From IMG/VR virus record IMGVR_UViG_3300045988_100671: DNA of 52,220 nt; one strand, written 5' to 3'. Below, piece after piece: positions 22,758 to 29,927 of this stretch. Every line of letters begins with the position of its first letter. Within the stretch, counting starts at the first letter, position 1. The DNA is from a virus. Below the pieces are notes generated by a model that was given only the letters and a program-made list of their open reading frames with translations, was not told the origin of the DNA and ran no database searches. Position numbers and translations under genes: made by a program.

Positions 22758-23639
22758 ATGGAAGTCAAACTGAACGCGCTGCGCCGTGGCGACACCTTCG
22801 CCCTGGCCGGTATCAACTGGAAGGTGCTCAAGGAGCTTGAGCCCGCCCACTCTGGAGCCGCGCAGAACTATTTCTGCGAGGCTGCGGAAGACATCTTCCA
22901 GGCACCCTTCGACGAGAACGGCAACAACAACTGGAATAACGCCAGCCTGCGGGAGCGGCTGAACGGTGACTTCCTGGACGCCCTGGAGAAGGAACACCCC
23001 GGCATCCTGGAGTTCATCGTCCCCACCTACCGCGATCTGACCGCCGATGATGGCCTCAACGACTACGGGGCTTGCCTCGATAAGGTGACCATGCTGACGG
23101 CGGATGAATACCGGGAGACCAGGGACCTTCACCCCGCGCCGGAACACTGGCGCTGGCTCATTACCCCCGATGGTACGCCCGCCAGCTCCGGCACCTCTTT
23201 CGTGCGCTACGTGTACTCGGACGGGAGCCTCGACAGCGACTACGCGTACGACGGCCGCAGGGGCGTGCGCCCGGCTTTGACCCTGAAATCTGACATCTTG
23301 GTATCTGTCGATGACCAGGAAGACCAGACGGAGGAGCCGGAGGAGATGACCCCGGAGCAGCGCGAGATGGCGCTCTATGAGAAGGCTGTCGCCAAGTGGG
23401 GCAAGAGAGCCCAGGCCCTCAAGGCCATCGAGGAGATGAGCGAGCTGTCCCAGGCCATCTTGAAGCTGGTGTTCTGCGAGGACTACGGTATCGGGGATGA
23501 ACAGGCCATCCGCGACAACATCTCCATGGAGCGGGCCGACGTTGAGATCATGCTCAACCAGCTCCACGTCATCTTCGGGGACAACAGCGAGATGGAGTGC
23601 AAGAGACTGGACAACCTGGAAAGCCTTCTGGAGGGATAA
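22758..23639 (+). CDS. DGR target protein 2: lectin-like variable domain (VR2) fused to a MazG-like all-alpha NTP pyrophosphohydrolase domain
   Basis: ATG 22758 after aggagga. Contains VR2 (aa about 147-174 of 293). C-terminal EEMSE-28 aa-ERAD fits the MazG EXXE...EXXD metal-binding pattern. Confidence 0.8.
   Translation: MEVKLNALRRGDTFALAGINWKVLKELEPAHSGAAQNYFCEAAEDIFQAPFDENGNNNWNNASLRERLNGDFLDALEKEHPGILEFIVPTYRDLTADDGLNDYGACLDKVTMLTADEYRETRDLHPAPEHWRWLITPDGTPASSGTSFVRYVYSDGSLDSDYAYDGRRGVRPALTLKSDILVSVDDQEDQTEEPEEMTPEQREMALYEKAVAKWGKRAQALKAIEEMSELSQAILKLVFCEDYGIGDEQAIRDNISMERADVEIMLNQLHVIFGDNSEMECKRLDNLESLLEG
23201..23277 (+). repeat. DGR variable repeat 2 (VR2)
   Basis: 77 bp align to TR 1356-1432 with 8 mismatches, all at TR adenines. 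Counting two further A-to-T positions at 23199-23200 gives 79 bp and 10 mismatches. Same IMH-like 3' end as VR1. Confidence 0.92.
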
Positions 23640-23643
23640 GCCT

Positions 23644-23799
23644 ATGTTAATTTCCGCGCAGATCATCACCATCCTGTTCACCTTCTGCGGATTCTGCTAC
23701 ACGTTCGGAGGTAAGACGCAGATGGACCGCAGCAACGGGTCCAGGGTCACGGCGGCCGGTTTGATTGCCCTGGCGATCTTGGCCGCCTGGGGAGCATGA
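23644..23799 (+). CDS. Small two-TM membrane protein (51 aa)
   Basis: ggaggg 7 nt upstream of ATG 23644. Product MLISAQIITILFTFCGFCYTFGG...AAGLIALAILAAWGA. Confidence 0.5.
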   Translation: MLISAQIITILFTFCGFCYTFGGKTQMDRSNGSRVTAAGLIALAILAAWGA

Positions 23800-24005
23800 G
23801 CGCCAAGGAGGAGGTCTTCACCATCCCTGCCCGCCGGTGCAAACGGTGTGGAGGATTGCTCACGAGCTCCCAGGGGCTCCGGGACGGGTACGGCCCCTGC
23901 TGCCTCCGAAAGATGAGGCAGGAGGAGGCCGACCGGAAGATGATGGAGAACCAATGCAGTCTGTTCGACATAGTTCCGAAAGCGGAACAAAGGGAGGAAA
24001 ACTGA
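23796..24005 (+). CDS. Small zinc-finger protein (DUF6011-like)
   Basis: CKRCGG...GYGPCC motif. Confidence 0.55.
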   Translation: MSAKEEVFTIPARRCKRCGGLLTSSQGLRDGYGPCCLRKMRQEEADRKMMENQCSLFDIVPKAEQREEN

Positions 24006-24007
24006 CC

Positions 24008-24826
24008 ATGAACCTGCACAAAAGCAAAATCGAATGGTGTACCCACACCTGGAACCCGGTGACCGGCTGCCTGCATGGCTGCCCCTACTGTTACGCCCGG
24101 CGATTTATCGACCGGTTCAAGCCGCAGCCCTGTGAGCGGCCGGAGCCGGAGCCTATGGAGTATCTTCCCAAGGGGTCCGGCATCTACGTCAGTAACTCAC
24201 CGTGCAACGCGGTGGACGACGTCCAGAATTATGCGAGGACCACGCCGTACCCGAAGGGATTCGCGCCCACCTTCCACACCTACACACTGGACTATCCGGC
24301 CAAGCGGGCTATCCCGTCCCGGGTGTTCGTCTCCAGCATGGGCGATCTGTTCGGGGAGTGGGTGCCGGACATCTGGATTCAGGGTGTCTTCGATGCCTGC
24401 GACAAGGCACCGCAGCACACCTACCTGTTTCTCACCAAGAACCCACAGCGGTATTGCGATCTGGCGAACGCCGGGAAGCTGCCGAAGCGGGATAACTTCT
24501 GGTACGGGACCAGCGTGACCGGGAAGGGCGCTCCCCTCTTTGCGACCAGCGTGGACTTCAATACCTTCTTGAGCATTGAACCGCTCATGGAGAACCTGGA
24601 GGCCGGTCTCGGGAGCTTCGGAGGCGTCCGCTGGGTCATCGTAGGGGCTATGACCGGGCCCGGAAGCAAGAAGCACCAGCCGAAGCGGGAGTGGGTAGAG
24701 AACATCGTGGAGGCCGCTGGCCTGACCCATGCCGCCGTCTTTATGAAGGACAGCCTGGCGCCGATCTGGGGCGACGATCTCATCAGAGACCACCCGGACG
24801 GCATGGTGTGGCCGGAGGTCAAGTAA
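24008..24826 (+). CDS. Gp37/Gp68-family protein (DUF5131)
   Basis: ATG 24008 after agggagg. IEWCTHTWNPVTGC..GCPYCYA N-terminus is typical of the family. Confidence 0.75.
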   Translation: MNLHKSKIEWCTHTWNPVTGCLHGCPYCYARRFIDRFKPQPCERPEPEPMEYLPKGSGIYVSNSPCNAVDDVQNYARTTPYPKGFAPTFHTYTLDYPAKRAIPSRVFVSSMGDLFGEWVPDIWIQGVFDACDKAPQHTYLFLTKNPQRYCDLANAGKLPKRDNFWYGTSVTGKGAPLFATSVDFNTFLSIEPLMENLEAGLGSFGGVRWVIVGAMTGPGSKKHQPKREWVENIVEAAGLTHAAVFMKDSLAPIWGDDLIRDHPDGMVWPEVK

Positions 24827-24854
24827 CGCCGCTTGGCAAAAGGAGGAAGACCTA

Positions 24855-25151
24855 TTGAAGAAGCGAAACTGTCGGAAGACCGACATCGAGAGGGAGCAGC
24901 ACGACCGCGCCATCCGGGTGCGGAAGATGACCGACGCGCAGCTCTGCGAGTACCTGGACGGCCTGGGCGTCACCCGGGCGGAACCGCAGCCCTCCAAGGA
25001 GGAGATCATCACCGCCTTCCTTGAGGCCATCACCATCCGCCGGGATGACGGCCTCCGGGTGAGCGACGCCACCGTGCGGAAGCTCAAGGCCATGGCCCGC
25101 AGGGACGGCTTCCTGCCGCCTCTGCCGGAGCTCGATGACGATATGCTATGA
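24855..25151 (+). CDS. Hypothetical protein
   Basis: TTG start after aaaggagg. 98 aa. Confidence 0.55.
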   Translation: MKKRNCRKTDIEREQHDRAIRVRKMTDAQLCEYLDGLGVTRAEPQPSKEEIITAFLEAITIRRDDGLRVSDATVRKLKAMARRDGFLPPLPELDDDML

Positions 25152-25342
25152 GCCAGCACAAGAAGAAGATCACTGTGCGCGTCGCCAGCCAGACCGCGTA
25201 TCACATCAGAGAGACGGCGGAACGCCTCGGTGTGAAGGAAGGCGAGGTCGTGGACATCCTGGTACAGGCGATGCAGAAAGGCGGAGGCATCCCGGCCTCT
25301 GCGGGCCGAAGGCCCAGGAAAGACCATGTGGAGCGGCGATGA
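25148..25342 (+). CDS. Ribbon-helix-helix (CopG/Arc-like) protein
   Basis: KKKITVRVASQTAYHIRETAERLGVKEGEVVDILV fits a beta-strand plus two helices (RHH pattern). Confidence 0.55.
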   Translation: MSQHKKKITVRVASQTAYHIRETAERLGVKEGEVVDILVQAMQKGGGIPASAGRRPRKDHVERR

Positions 25343-25625
25343 CGCTGCGGAGCTGGAGCGGTACCAGAAGGACGAAGCGGCGGGCCTGCTGCTTCGGCTT
25401 CCGGCTCCGATCGGGTCAACGGTCTGGAGAGTTCGCCAGAACCCGTCCTGCCATTACGGGGTGCGGGAAGCGGAAAAGTTCTTGTTCGGCCGGGTGGTAA
25501 CACCTCGCCGCATCGTTGAGCCGGTACCGTTCACCCTGCTCCTGCTGGATGAATGGGGCCGGACGGTCTTCCTCACCAAGCATGAGGCGGACAAAATGCT
25601 GGGGAAGGAGGAAGATACAGAATGA
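25326..25625 (+). CDS. Hypothetical protein
   Basis: 99 aa, overlapping neighbours in operon fashion. Confidence 0.55.
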   Translation: MWSGDDAAELERYQKDEAAGLLLRLPAPIGSTVWRVRQNPSCHYGVREAEKFLFGRVVTPRRIVEPVPFTLLLLDEWGRTVFLTKHEADKMLGKEEDTE

Positions 25626-26155
25626 CACCGAAGGAACAACTGGCCGCCGCCAGAAGGTTTGCCGGTAAGAAGTCGAAGGCCCAGGGAGACTACTTCGAGG
25701 CCCTGATCGAGGCCGGATGCAACTTCTATCGGGACCGGAAGGTGGCGGACATCGAGAAGACGCCGGAGCCTATGCGGCCGATCAAGGACCTTGGGGGCGG
25801 AAAGTTCATCGCCCACTATACCAAGGCGGCCCAGGCGGACTTCAAAGGCTTCCTGTTTGGGGGCCAGACCGTCATGTTCGAGGCGAAGCACACGGACACC
25901 GGACGGATGGAGCAGGACCGGGTGACACCGGATCAGGCCGAGCGCCTGGAGCGGGCCGTTGAGTATGGAGCGCTGGCGTTCGTGCTCTGCTCGTTTGGAT
26001 ATGCGGGATTCTACCGGATTCCGTGGACCGTATGGCGGGACATGAAGGGCATTTTTGGACACAAGTACATCACGCCGGAGGAGGCAGCGAGGTTCGAGGT
26101 CCGCATCGGCGGGCCCGGGGTGCTGCTATTCCTTGGCGAAGCGGACACGAAGTGA
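25622..26155 (+). CDS. recU: RecU-like Holliday junction resolvase
   Basis: GDYFEALIEAGCNFY...IEKTPEPMRPIK...DFKGFLFGGQTVMFEAKHT...Q...L resembles the RecU family. Confidence 0.7.
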   Translation: MTPKEQLAAARRFAGKKSKAQGDYFEALIEAGCNFYRDRKVADIEKTPEPMRPIKDLGGGKFIAHYTKAAQADFKGFLFGGQTVMFEAKHTDTGRMEQDRVTPDQAERLERAVEYGALAFVLCSFGYAGFYRIPWTVWRDMKGIFGHKYITPEEAARFEVRIGGPGVLLFLGEADTK

Positions 26156-26170
26156 CAGGAGGCGTCAATC

Positions 26171-26491
26171 ATGGAAAACAGACTGCTTAAAGAGCTGCTT
26201 GAGCTCATCAAGCAGCGGCCGGACCTGCCGATCATCCCGATGGTAGACAGCGAGATCGTCTGCGATGACAGCTGCTCCAGATGGATGGGAAGCTGGGGTT
26301 CTGCGGAGATCACCAAGTACATCCAGTCGGAGGAGCGCATCTTCTTCTACGATGAGAGCGACATGGAGGACGCGCTCCGGGAGATCGTCGGTGATGACTG
26401 GTATGATGGAAGCACCGAAGAAAAGGACCTGGAGAAGTATCGCTCCCTGCCGTGGACCGAGTGCATCGCCGTTGACATCAACACACCGTAA
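26171..26491 (+). CDS. Hypothetical protein
   Basis: RBS aggagg. 106 aa. Confidence 0.6.
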   Translation: MENRLLKELLELIKQRPDLPIIPMVDSEIVCDDSCSRWMGSWGSAEITKYIQSEERIFFYDESDMEDALREIVGDDWYDGSTEEKDLEKYRSLPWTECIAVDINTP

Positions 26492-26503
26492 GGAGGAATT
26501 ATC

Positions 26504-26926
26504 ATGGAAAAGATGACCAAGAAGGAAATCATCGAGTGGCTGAATGACCTTGCCGAGCGGGCCAGGACGGCCTACATCAAGAGCGGGGACGACCTGGCCC
26601 GGAAAGACAACGACTGCATCATGGCGGCCATCGACATCATCGGCCGCGCTGACGAGCAGAGCTGCGAGGCGGAGCAGGGCGAAACCTGTCGGACGCCTGC
26701 GAGCGCCTTCGACGGCGACGTTCGCCTGCTGGCGGAGTTTTGCGACCTGGTGAACCGGAAGCAGCAGAGCGTGAAGACCGCACCGATCGCCACCCCGCTG
26801 ATCTCCTGCATGGCCCCTGGCCTGCGCGGGGCCATCCCCATGGCTATGAAGGCGGCGGAGCAGGAAGCGGATCTTCTCAAGCGCGTCTATACCCGCCTCT
26901 CCCAGCTCATGGAGGGCACCAGATGA
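26504..26926 (+). CDS. Hypothetical protein
   Basis: RBS aaggagg. 140 aa. Confidence 0.6.
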   Translation: MEKMTKKEIIEWLNDLAERARTAYIKSGDDLARKDNDCIMAAIDIIGRADEQSCEAEQGETCRTPASAFDGDVRLLAEFCDLVNRKQQSVKTAPIATPLISCMAPGLRGAIPMAMKAAEQEADLLKRVYTRLSQLMEGTR

Positions 26927-27177
26927 GCGCCCGCCGGGAGAAGCGTCTCCGCTCTTTGGAGCGCCGTGTGCAGAAACTTGAGGTCATGGCTTCGGCCGGA
27001 TTCCTGGAATCTAACCTGCGGGAGGAGCTGGCAAAGGCCAACAACCGGCCGGAGAACGCCTGGTGGTGCAGGACCCCGACCGACAACATCCCGCAGGATG
27101 CGGAGTACCAGCAGGTCCCGCGCCGGACCGTCCGGCAGCGGATCAAGGATTTTTTCATGGGAGGTAATCAGAAATGA
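26923..27177 (+). CDS. Hypothetical protein
   Basis: ATG 26923 overlaps the upstream stop, with ggaggg 6 nt upstream. 84 aa. Confidence 0.55.
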   Translation: MSARREKRLRSLERRVQKLEVMASAGFLESNLREELAKANNRPENAWWCRTPTDNIPQDAEYQQVPRRTVRQRIKDFFMGGNQK

Positions 27178-27641
27178 AACAGTACATCGGAACCAAGCTG
27201 ATCGAGGCGGAGCCCGCCTACCGCTGCACGGACGGCAGCGGGAAGGTCGTCATTACCCCTCACCCGGAGGAGGCTTTCCCCAACTATCCCAGCATCGAGG
27301 ACGGCTACCGCGTCCGGTACCCGGACGGGTATGTCTCCTGGAGCCCGAAGGCGGTCTTCGAGGAGGCGTATCGGCCTACCACAGGTATGAGCTTTGGTCT
27401 GGCGATCGAAGCTGCGAAGAAGGGGCACCGTATTTCGAGAGCTGGATGGAATGGGAAGGGGCAGTACGTCGAGATTGCCGCCGGAATCAGCTACGTCGGG
27501 CCGGATGGCGAGATCGTCAACGCGGAGCATGACGCCATCGGAAACAGAGCTTTGGCCTTTGTTGGCACATCCGGCGTCCAGATGGGGTGGCTTGCCTCTC
27601 AGGCGGATATGCTGGCGGACGACTGGACCATCGTTTCGTGA
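27174..27641 (+). CDS. DUF2829-domain protein (Tad2-family candidate)
   Basis: MSFGLAIEAAKKGHRISRAGWNGKG ... WLASQADMLADDWTIV matches the DUF2829 signature. N-terminal extension with GYRVRYPDGYVSWSPKAVFEEAY. Confidence 0.75.
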   Translation: MKQYIGTKLIEAEPAYRCTDGSGKVVITPHPEEAFPNYPSIEDGYRVRYPDGYVSWSPKAVFEEAYRPTTGMSFGLAIEAAKKGHRISRAGWNGKGQYVEIAAGISYVGPDGEIVNAEHDAIGNRALAFVGTSGVQMGWLASQADMLADDWTIVS

Positions 27642-27928
27642 ACTGCCACGGCTGCGCCTGCGACCGGTGCGTCTACAATGCGGAGCTGGAATCCTGGTAC
27701 TTTACCCCTGGAGAGGTCCAGGACGTCGAGGACATCTGCTACTGCTGCGACGAGTGCAAGCACTATGACGGGGACTACACCAAGAAAAGCCTGTGGCGCC
27801 CGGAGTGCGAGAAGCGGAAGCTGCCCTGCAAGTACATCGAAATGCAGCGCAGGACAGCGGAGCGGACCGAGAGAGTGGCGGCTACCAGGAGGAAGAACTT
27901 CACGATCATCAAGGGCGGCCGGAGCTGA
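27638..27928 (+). CDS. Cysteine-rich (zinc-binding) small protein
   Basis: GTG 27638 overlaps the upstream stop; the track ORF opens at ATG 27587 inside the previous gene. NCHGCACDRC...CYCCDECKHYD. Confidence 0.5.
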   Translation: MNCHGCACDRCVYNAELESWYFTPGEVQDVEDICYCCDECKHYDGDYTKKSLWRPECEKRKLPCKYIEMQRRTAERTERVAATRRKNFTIIKGGRS

Positions 27929-28015
27929 CCGAAGGTAACAAAAAAGAGCCGCCTCCCCCGAAGGGGTGACAGCCCGTGACTATTGCTATCATACCACGGA
28001 GGAGGCGACTTTTCA

Positions 28016-28522
28016 ATGGGAAATCGAAAGGAACTTGAGGACATTATCAAACTGGCGGTAGAGGCTGGCCGTATCTCTGCGGAGCGGTCTGCCAAAGACG
28101 CCTACAAGGCCACGGAGCGCCGCCTCTATGCGCTCCCCATCCTTCGACGCAAACTGGCCGATGACAAGGAGCGTCTGGAGGAGATCAGACAGTACGGCCC
28201 CAGAGAGCGGAGCAAGAGCATTACCCGCTTCACGAAGTCTGGCGTGCGCCTGTCGCCCGAGGAAATCTTTGAGGCGGTTATCATGGACATGGAGGCCACC
28301 ATCGCGGCCGATCAGTATGAGATCGACGCCATGGACAAGGCCCTGTCCGTCATCCGGGACGACGAATACTATCTGACCGTGACCGGGAGATACCTGGATG
28401 ACCTCCCCGATGAGCGCGTCGCAGAGCTCATTCCTTGCGATACGAGCACCGTTTGGAGGAACCGGAAGCGCCTGGTGCAGCGCCTTGCGGTGTGGCTCTA
28501 CGGGGCCGACGCCACGAAGTAG
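28016..28522 (+). CDS. RinA / sigma-70-region-4-like transcriptional activator (putative late regulator)
   Basis: ATG 28016 after ggaggagg. ERRLYALPILRRKLADDKERLEEI and the C-terminal HTH VAELIPCDTSTVWRNRKRLVQRLA resemble RinA/ArpU-type regulators. Confidence 0.6.
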   Translation: MGNRKELEDIIKLAVEAGRISAERSAKDAYKATERRLYALPILRRKLADDKERLEEIRQYGPRERSKSITRFTKSGVRLSPEEIFEAVIMDMEATIAADQYEIDAMDKALSVIRDDEYYLTVTGRYLDDLPDERVAELIPCDTSTVWRNRKRLVQRLAVWLYGADATK

Positions 28523-28525
28523 GCG

Positions 28526-28591
28526 GGGTGCAATTTACCGGTGCAAAAATCGTGCAATAGACGGGTGCAATTTACCTGTGTTATAATGCAA
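28526..28591 (+). promoter_or_regulatory. Cluster of GTGCAA boxes, including a 14-bp direct repeat gggtgcaatttacc
   Basis: gtgcaa at 28528, 28541, 28552 and 28565, plus atgcaa at 28586. gggtgcaatttacc occurs at 28526-28539 and 28563-28576. An extended -10 tgttataat lies at 28579-28587. Confidence 0.6.
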
Positions 28592-28660
28592 CACAATGAG
28601 GTAATGCGTTCAGGGGGTTCCAGCTCCGCCCGTCCTTGTACCGATTGGAAGTAAATCCAA

Positions 28661-28678
28661 AAAAGTTGCAAAAACTTT
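28661..28678. promoter_or_regulatory. Inverted repeat aaaagtt-N5-aacttt upstream of a strong promoter
   Basis: Similar to 10108-10128. Lies 19 nt upstream of the -35. Confidence 0.4.
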
Positions 28679-28697
28679 CGATTTTTTGTTGAAAGCT

Positions 28698-28726
28698 GTG
28701 ACAAGGATTCCGAAAAGTGGTATAAT
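28698..28726 (+). promoter_or_regulatory. Strong sigma-A promoter with extended -10
   Basis: gtgaca (28698-28703), 17-nt spacer ending in tgg, TATAAT (28721-28726). Confidence 0.65.
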
Positions 28727-28761
28727 ATGAGTGGGAAATACTAACCAAAGGAGCGAACACC

Positions 28762-29247
28762 ATGAAAAAGATTTGTCTTTTAGACCTCAACTACACCCTG
28801 GTAGGGAACCAGGCGGAGACCCGGATGCTCCGGCCCTTCTCCCGCCGCATGGAGGCGGAGGAGTACCGCCGCGATCTGATCGACGCCATAAAGGATGACT
28901 ATGTCATCATCATCACGGCCCGGCCGGACTACCAGATGCGGCAGACCATGGAGAACATCCGCCGGAAGACCGGCTGGCAGCCGCAGGAGTGGTACTTCAA
29001 CGACATCAATGCGGAGCCCCCGGTCTTCAAGGAGAGCGCCCTTCGCCGCTTCATCTTCCCGAAGCACGGCCTCCAGATGGGGCCGGAGGGGACCTTCTAC
29101 TACGCCGTGGAGAGCAACCCGAAGACCAGGACGATGTATAGCCGGTTCGGAATCAAGGGCCAGCCCTACGACGTCTTTATGCGTAGCGTGAGACCGGAGG
29201 CGGCCGTGGCGCCGCAGCCTACCTACTGCCAGGTCAGCCTATTCTAA
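28762..29247 (+). CDS. HAD-fold-like hydrolase (tentative)
   Basis: RBS aaaggag. N-terminal ICLLDLNYTL resembles HAD motif I with Asn in place of the second Asp, and IIITARP resembles motif II. Weak assignment. Confidence 0.4.
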   Translation: MKKICLLDLNYTLVGNQAETRMLRPFSRRMEAEEYRRDLIDAIKDDYVIIITARPDYQMRQTMENIRRKTGWQPQEWYFNDINAEPPVFKESALRRFIFPKHGLQMGPEGTFYYAVESNPKTRTMYSRFGIKGQPYDVFMRSVRPEAAVAPQPTYCQVSLF

Positions 29248-29260
29248 ACACAGCCCACCA

Positions 29261-29289
29261 GCGGGACGCGAAAGCGCCCCGCTTTTTTC
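29261..29289 (+). terminator. Rho-independent terminator
   Basis: gcgggacgc-gaaa-gcgccccgc (9-bp stem, one mismatch, GAAA loop) followed by tttttt. Confidence 0.7.
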
Positions 29290-29318
29290 ATGCCAAAATT
29301 AAGAAAGGAGAGAGGTAT

Positions 29319-29927
29319 TTGAGAACCCAGACCATCAAACTGGCCGACATCAAACCGGCCGAATACAACCCACGGGTGACCCTGACCGAGAAGGACCAGG
29401 AGTACAAGGCCCTGGCGGCCAGCATCGAGGACAACGGCCTGGTCCTTCCTCTGGTGGTGAACCTGCGGGACGGCGTCCTCATCAGCGGGCACCAGCGGCT
29501 CAACGTGCTGCTCGCATCTGGTGAGACGGAGACCGAGGCCGTCGTGGTGGACATGGACCCGGCCCAGGCCAAAGCCCTTTGCATCGCCATGAACAAGCTG
29601 GACGGCGAATGGGACAACGGCAGCCTTGCGGATCTCCTCCAGGAGCTCCAGGACGAAAGCGCTGACCTCCTGGGCACCGGCTTCACCCGCCAGGAGATCG
29701 ACGAGCTGCTGGGAGACCTCGGGGGCGCTGGAGACGATGATGACCCGCCCACCACGGACAAGAAGAAGGACGACAAGGAGGGCATCAAGTGCATCGTCGG
29801 CGACTACACCTTCCGTCTGACCGAAGATGAGTTCGCAGACCTCATGGTTGACGTGCGTGAAGCGGTGGGCTTTACGCAGGAGCTCATCTGTGCGGAGCTG
29901 AAAAGGAGGCTTTTCGATGCAGTATAA
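29319..29927 (+). CDS. ParB-like nuclease-domain protein 1
   Basis: TTG start after aaaggagag. IKPAEYNPR ... ISGHQRLNVL is a ParB/Srx N-terminal domain signature. Acidic tail. Confidence 0.75.
   Translation: MRTQTIKLADIKPAEYNPRVTLTEKDQEYKALAASIEDNGLVLPLVVNLRDGVLISGHQRLNVLLASGETETEAVVVDMDPAQAKALCIAMNKLDGEWDNGSLADLLQELQDESADLLGTGFTRQEIDELLGDLGGAGDDDDPPTTDKKKDDKEGIKCIVGDYTFRLTEDEFADLMVDVREAVGFTQELICAELKRRLFDAV

Noticed and set aside
23831-23848. ccgccGGTGCAAAcggtg inside CDS 23796-24005 as a sixth GUGCAA hairpin.
   Set aside because: It has a 7-nt loop and a short imperfect stem, lies inside a coding region (encoding the CKRCGG zinc motif), and is not followed by the conserved RBS module. Probably coincidence.
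27929-27982. Terminator between 27928 and the RinA-like gene (cccc-gaa-gggg).
   Set aside because: The stem is only 4 bp and there is no T-tract.
28526-28591. GTGCAA box cluster or the early-operon hairpins as a CRISPR array.
   Set aside because: Repeat units are only 6-14 bp, spacing is irregular (7-37 bp, or kilobases for the hairpins), and there are no cas genes.
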